This document shows positions 60,690 to 64,000 of a DNA stretch of 64,000 bases, piece after piece. How positions within the stretch are numbered: position 1 is the first letter of the stretch; every line of letters begins with the position of its first letter. The notes beneath the pieces were generated by a model. The model was not told the origin of the DNA and made no database searches. It worked only from the letters and a program-made list of their open reading frames with translations. A program made the translations under genes and the position numbers. The DNA is from Raja brachyura (taxonomy: Eukaryota): NCBI GenBank assembly GCA_963514005.1, contig OY740802.1:37882001-37946000 (forward strand), written 5' to 3'.

Positions 60690-60990
60690 CAACTCTTTCA
60701 CAACTTCAGAACGTTCCAAAGTACTTTCTGGTGAGCTACTTTGAAGTGCAATGATACTGGAAAATTGGCAGCCAATTTGACGATTAACGATCTTATTCAC
60801 TAATGTCCGGATAATTTTTGTGACTTCGAATATTGACCATGTCACTGTGAAGAGCTCCCCAGCCATTCAAATTATGCAATAACTTTTTACGTCTATTAGA
60901 GATGCCTGTTTAATGGCTCATTTAAAATTCCAGGTTTGTCTGGATTTTGCAATTAAATCTCTTAAGTGGCATTGCTGAGATGAATGACTA
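60690..60990 (-). mobile_element. Ancient Deu-domain SINE (SacSINE1/AmnSINE-like) relic
   Basis: Ordered motifs TTTCACAACTTCAGAACGTTCCAAAG, CTTTGAAGTG, GGCAGCCAATTTG, AATATTGACCA and TTTTACGTC match the DeuSINE core as I recall it. Confidence 0.6.
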
Positions 60991-61221
60991 CACGATGAAG
61001 CCATCTGTTCTCTGGCTCTGAAATGTGTGTTTGAATCTTTTGGTGAGAGATTTGTCAGAAAATTAAAATTCTAACTTTTTAAAACATCAAGCCTTTGGAA
61101 TTGGAGAGTCTATCATAAAGAAAGACTGGAGACATTCAGCTTGCTTGCTGTCTTATCCCTAGGGCTTGGATGAAGCTCTGAAGAAGGGGCAGGGATGCAC
61201 TCTTGATGCACTCCGCCCAGA

Positions 61222-61512
61222 ATTTAGTTTAGAGATACAGCGCGGAAACAGTTCCTTTGGACTGCGGGTCCGCACCGACCAGTGATCCCCGTACACTGCA
61301 CTATCCACCACACTGGGGACAATTTACAATTTTTGTCAAAGCCAAATTTACCTACAAACCTGTACGTCTTTGGAGTGTGGGAGGAAACCTGATCACCTGC
61401 GGAAAACCGCGCATTCTGCGGGAGAACGTACAAATTCCGTACAGACAGCACCTGTAGTCAGGACTGGTCCCCGGTGTCTGGCACTATAAGGCAGCAAATC
61501 TACCGCTGCACC
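61222..61512 (-). mobile_element. HE1-like SINE
   Basis: TTTAGTTTAGAGATACAGCGCGG...TCTACCGCTGCACC. Confidence 0.85.
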
Positions 61513-63479
61513 CCCCCCACCCCCACCCCCCACACAATTCTTAAGGATCCAAGTATTGTTGTGACGTTGGGTGGAATGTGAATGCTAACAGGTGCTGATC
61601 TGGTGGTTGCTTTATCCTGGATGTTGGTTCTTGCCAGTTCTCGGAGCTCGGAAAGAAGCTGCTAAGAGATATTTTTATATATACGTTAATTGATATTTAT
61701 TCCCAGGAACTTGAAACTTCTGACCAACTCTACTTTGGCACCATCAGTGTATACTGGGGTTTGTGTGCTGCTTGGCTTCCTGAACTCAATGGCAATCTCC
61801 TTGTCTCGCTGATGTTGAGGAAGAGGTTATTGTCTTGGCACCAGGTTATAAAGTTCTCAATCTTCTTTCTGTACTTTGTTTCATCATTTATCTTGAATAG
61901 AGTCATGTTACTTGAGTATTCTGGGAGCTATGGTCTTTAAGTGAGTGGCGAGTATTCTACTCCATATCCATTTGTAGATGGTGGAAAGGCTTTTGGAAGT
62001 TAATGGTGAGTTACTCATCAGATATTGCTTTTACTCTGACTGTTGTATATTGGTCTTTGGTCCATTGCTGAATTCAGCAATGATAATGCTGCAGAATACC
62101 AAGGAATGATAATTAGACTTGTTGAAAATGATCATATCGTAGTACTTGTATGACACTGATATACAATGGCCAAATATGATTGTGGCTTAAAATGATCCTC
62201 AGCACACTGGCAAAGGTCAGCATACAGAATAGATACAAAAGGAACCGCAGATGCTGGAGTCTTGAGCAAAACACAAAGTGCTGGAGGAACTCGGCGGCTC
62301 AGGCAGCATCAGTTAAGGGAAAGGATTGTTGAAGATTCAGAATCCAGAAGGGTTCCAACCAGATCCAAATCCTTTGTTCATTCCCTCCACGCTGCCAGGC
62401 CAGTTGAGACCCTCCAGCACTATGTGTTTTGCCCATCATACAGACTATTCAGTGATAGACATTGAATGGCTACTCCTGCATGATAGTTGCATAATTGGTA
62501 ACCCTTCTGTTGACACATATACCAATGTGAGGTTATCCAGCGGAGATTTTAGCAATGGCTTGGCAAACCTATTTGACACCAGTAAATTCCTATGGCTCAA
62601 GGAGAATGTAGCCGAACATGTTCACAGTTGCTATCATGAGTTCTCTAACTTATTTGGTGGCTATTTTGCTGAACCTTGATGCACACACCCATGGAAAATG
62701 ACAATTTTTGGTGCAACAAAAATGTTAAGGAATGCGTTCTCAATACATCAATTTTCAAGTAATTATTCTCTCCCTAAAGTAGTCAGTCACGCCGTTGAAT
62801 TAACTGTCCTTCTGCTCCGGCCCTGACTGATGCATCTTTCTCCATATGTGGCACACATTACCCAAAGTGACGGGAGAAAATGAGAGAGTGCAATGCACAG
62901 TGTTGGGCATGAGATCCGACAAATCCAGAGGCATTGATTTTCCAGTACACTGGAGGGATGTAAGATATAAATAAGGATAAGCAAAGTGATCTGCCAACAG
63001 AGGTTGTACTCAGCAGTTGAACAATTTGGGGATAATGTTAAAAATATTTTTTGCATTTTAATTCCATTTCCTTTCAGTCTCCCTGTCAACTTCTCTCTGT
63101 GAACTTGTTTTAATTCTGCTTCCATCTCCAGTTTCGTTCCAATCATGTTCCCATCACCCTGTGCTGCATTTGCTTCATGCCCCCAGTCAACTCCAACGTC
63201 ATTTTTGATAGACGCAAAATGCTGGAGTAGCTCAGCAGGACAGGCAGCATCTCCGGATAGAAGGAATGGGTGACGTTTCGGGTCGAGACAAGGGTGGAAC
63301 AATTTACCTAAGCTTCAATCACCCTCGCATTACTTTGAACATTTTCTAATTGCTATCTGTCAAAGATGATTACGTTGTAACACAAGAATTGAACTCGTAT
63401 GAGGTGCTTGTATGGAACAGCAAATCCTGCAGAATCGTTAGCAGGAGCCTGGAAATGGGACATGGTGAATTGACCTTAC

Positions 63480-63672
63480 GAGTCAAACAGCATGGAAACA
63501 GGCCCAACGGACCCACGCTGACCAACATGCCCCATCTACACTAGTCCCACCTACCTACATTTGGCCCATCTCCCTCTAAACCTATCCTATCCAAGAACCT
63601 GTCCAAATGTCTGTTAGATGTTGTGACAGCATCTGCCTCAACTACCTCCTCCGGCAGCTTGTAACATATCAC
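63480..63672 (-). mobile_element. CR1 3' fragment
   Basis: Same family as 2635-2840. Confidence 0.75.
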
Positions 63673-64000
63673 CAGTGGCGGAACTAATTGGTGAGGCCTT
63701 GAAGCTTGAAACCTTCGCAGCCAGCAACGAGGTCTGGGTAACCGCTGTTATCTTCTTTAATGGGGTTGTTCCACGACAGGCTGACTATGCCCCCGGTGGG
63801 GGTTCAGGGGACAACGCCCTCTGCAGCTCCTGCATTCAAAATAAATTGAAAGTGATTCTCAAGCTTTCTGCTGGTAGTTTACATAACAGAAGCTTAGAAT
63901 GTTTCGAACACATAATCAGTAAAATAACCCCCAAAAGATATATATTTTCATGAAATAGACAATAGGTGCAGGAGTACTCCATTCGGCGCTTCAAGCCAGC

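Noticed and set aside
62326-63302. 117-aa and 171-aa ORFs
   Set aside because: Both start in Penelope terminal repeats and show no recognisable domain.
63673-63850. hAT-like left end CAGTGGCGGAACT
   Set aside because: No right TIR or TSD visible in the window.

Overview
This is a repeat-rich vertebrate genomic window. HE1-like SINEs, HER1/CR1 LINEs and a Deu-domain SINE point to an elasmobranch (skate, ray or shark). Almost all short ORFs in the track are repeat noise. Host gene: 13 small GT-AG exons on the + strand (2202-21073) join in frame into a very divergent Spire-family actin nucleator. The parts seen are the end of KIND, four WH2 repeats, the linker, the Spir-box and the start of the FYVE-type finger. 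The 5' KIND exons lie outside the window and I could not identify the last exon. The most striking feature is a pair of compensating frameshifts: the conserved 28-nt FYVE micro-exon is read in a new frame, its ancestral frame carries a TAA, and a zinc-binding CxxC is removed while the ORF stays open. Other content: a 5'-truncated L1 with an intact 1264-aa ORF2 and an 11-bp TSD inside a four-layer nested insertion; several CR1 subfamilies; a Rex1/Babar-like LINE; Penelope fragments and TSD-flanked palindromic Penelope remnants with hammerhead-like cores; hAT and PIF/Harbinger MITEs; two solo LTRs; and an 87-bp exact local duplication. Comparisons to SPIRE1 and to repeat families are from memory, not from searches. 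Boundaries of decayed repeats are approximate.
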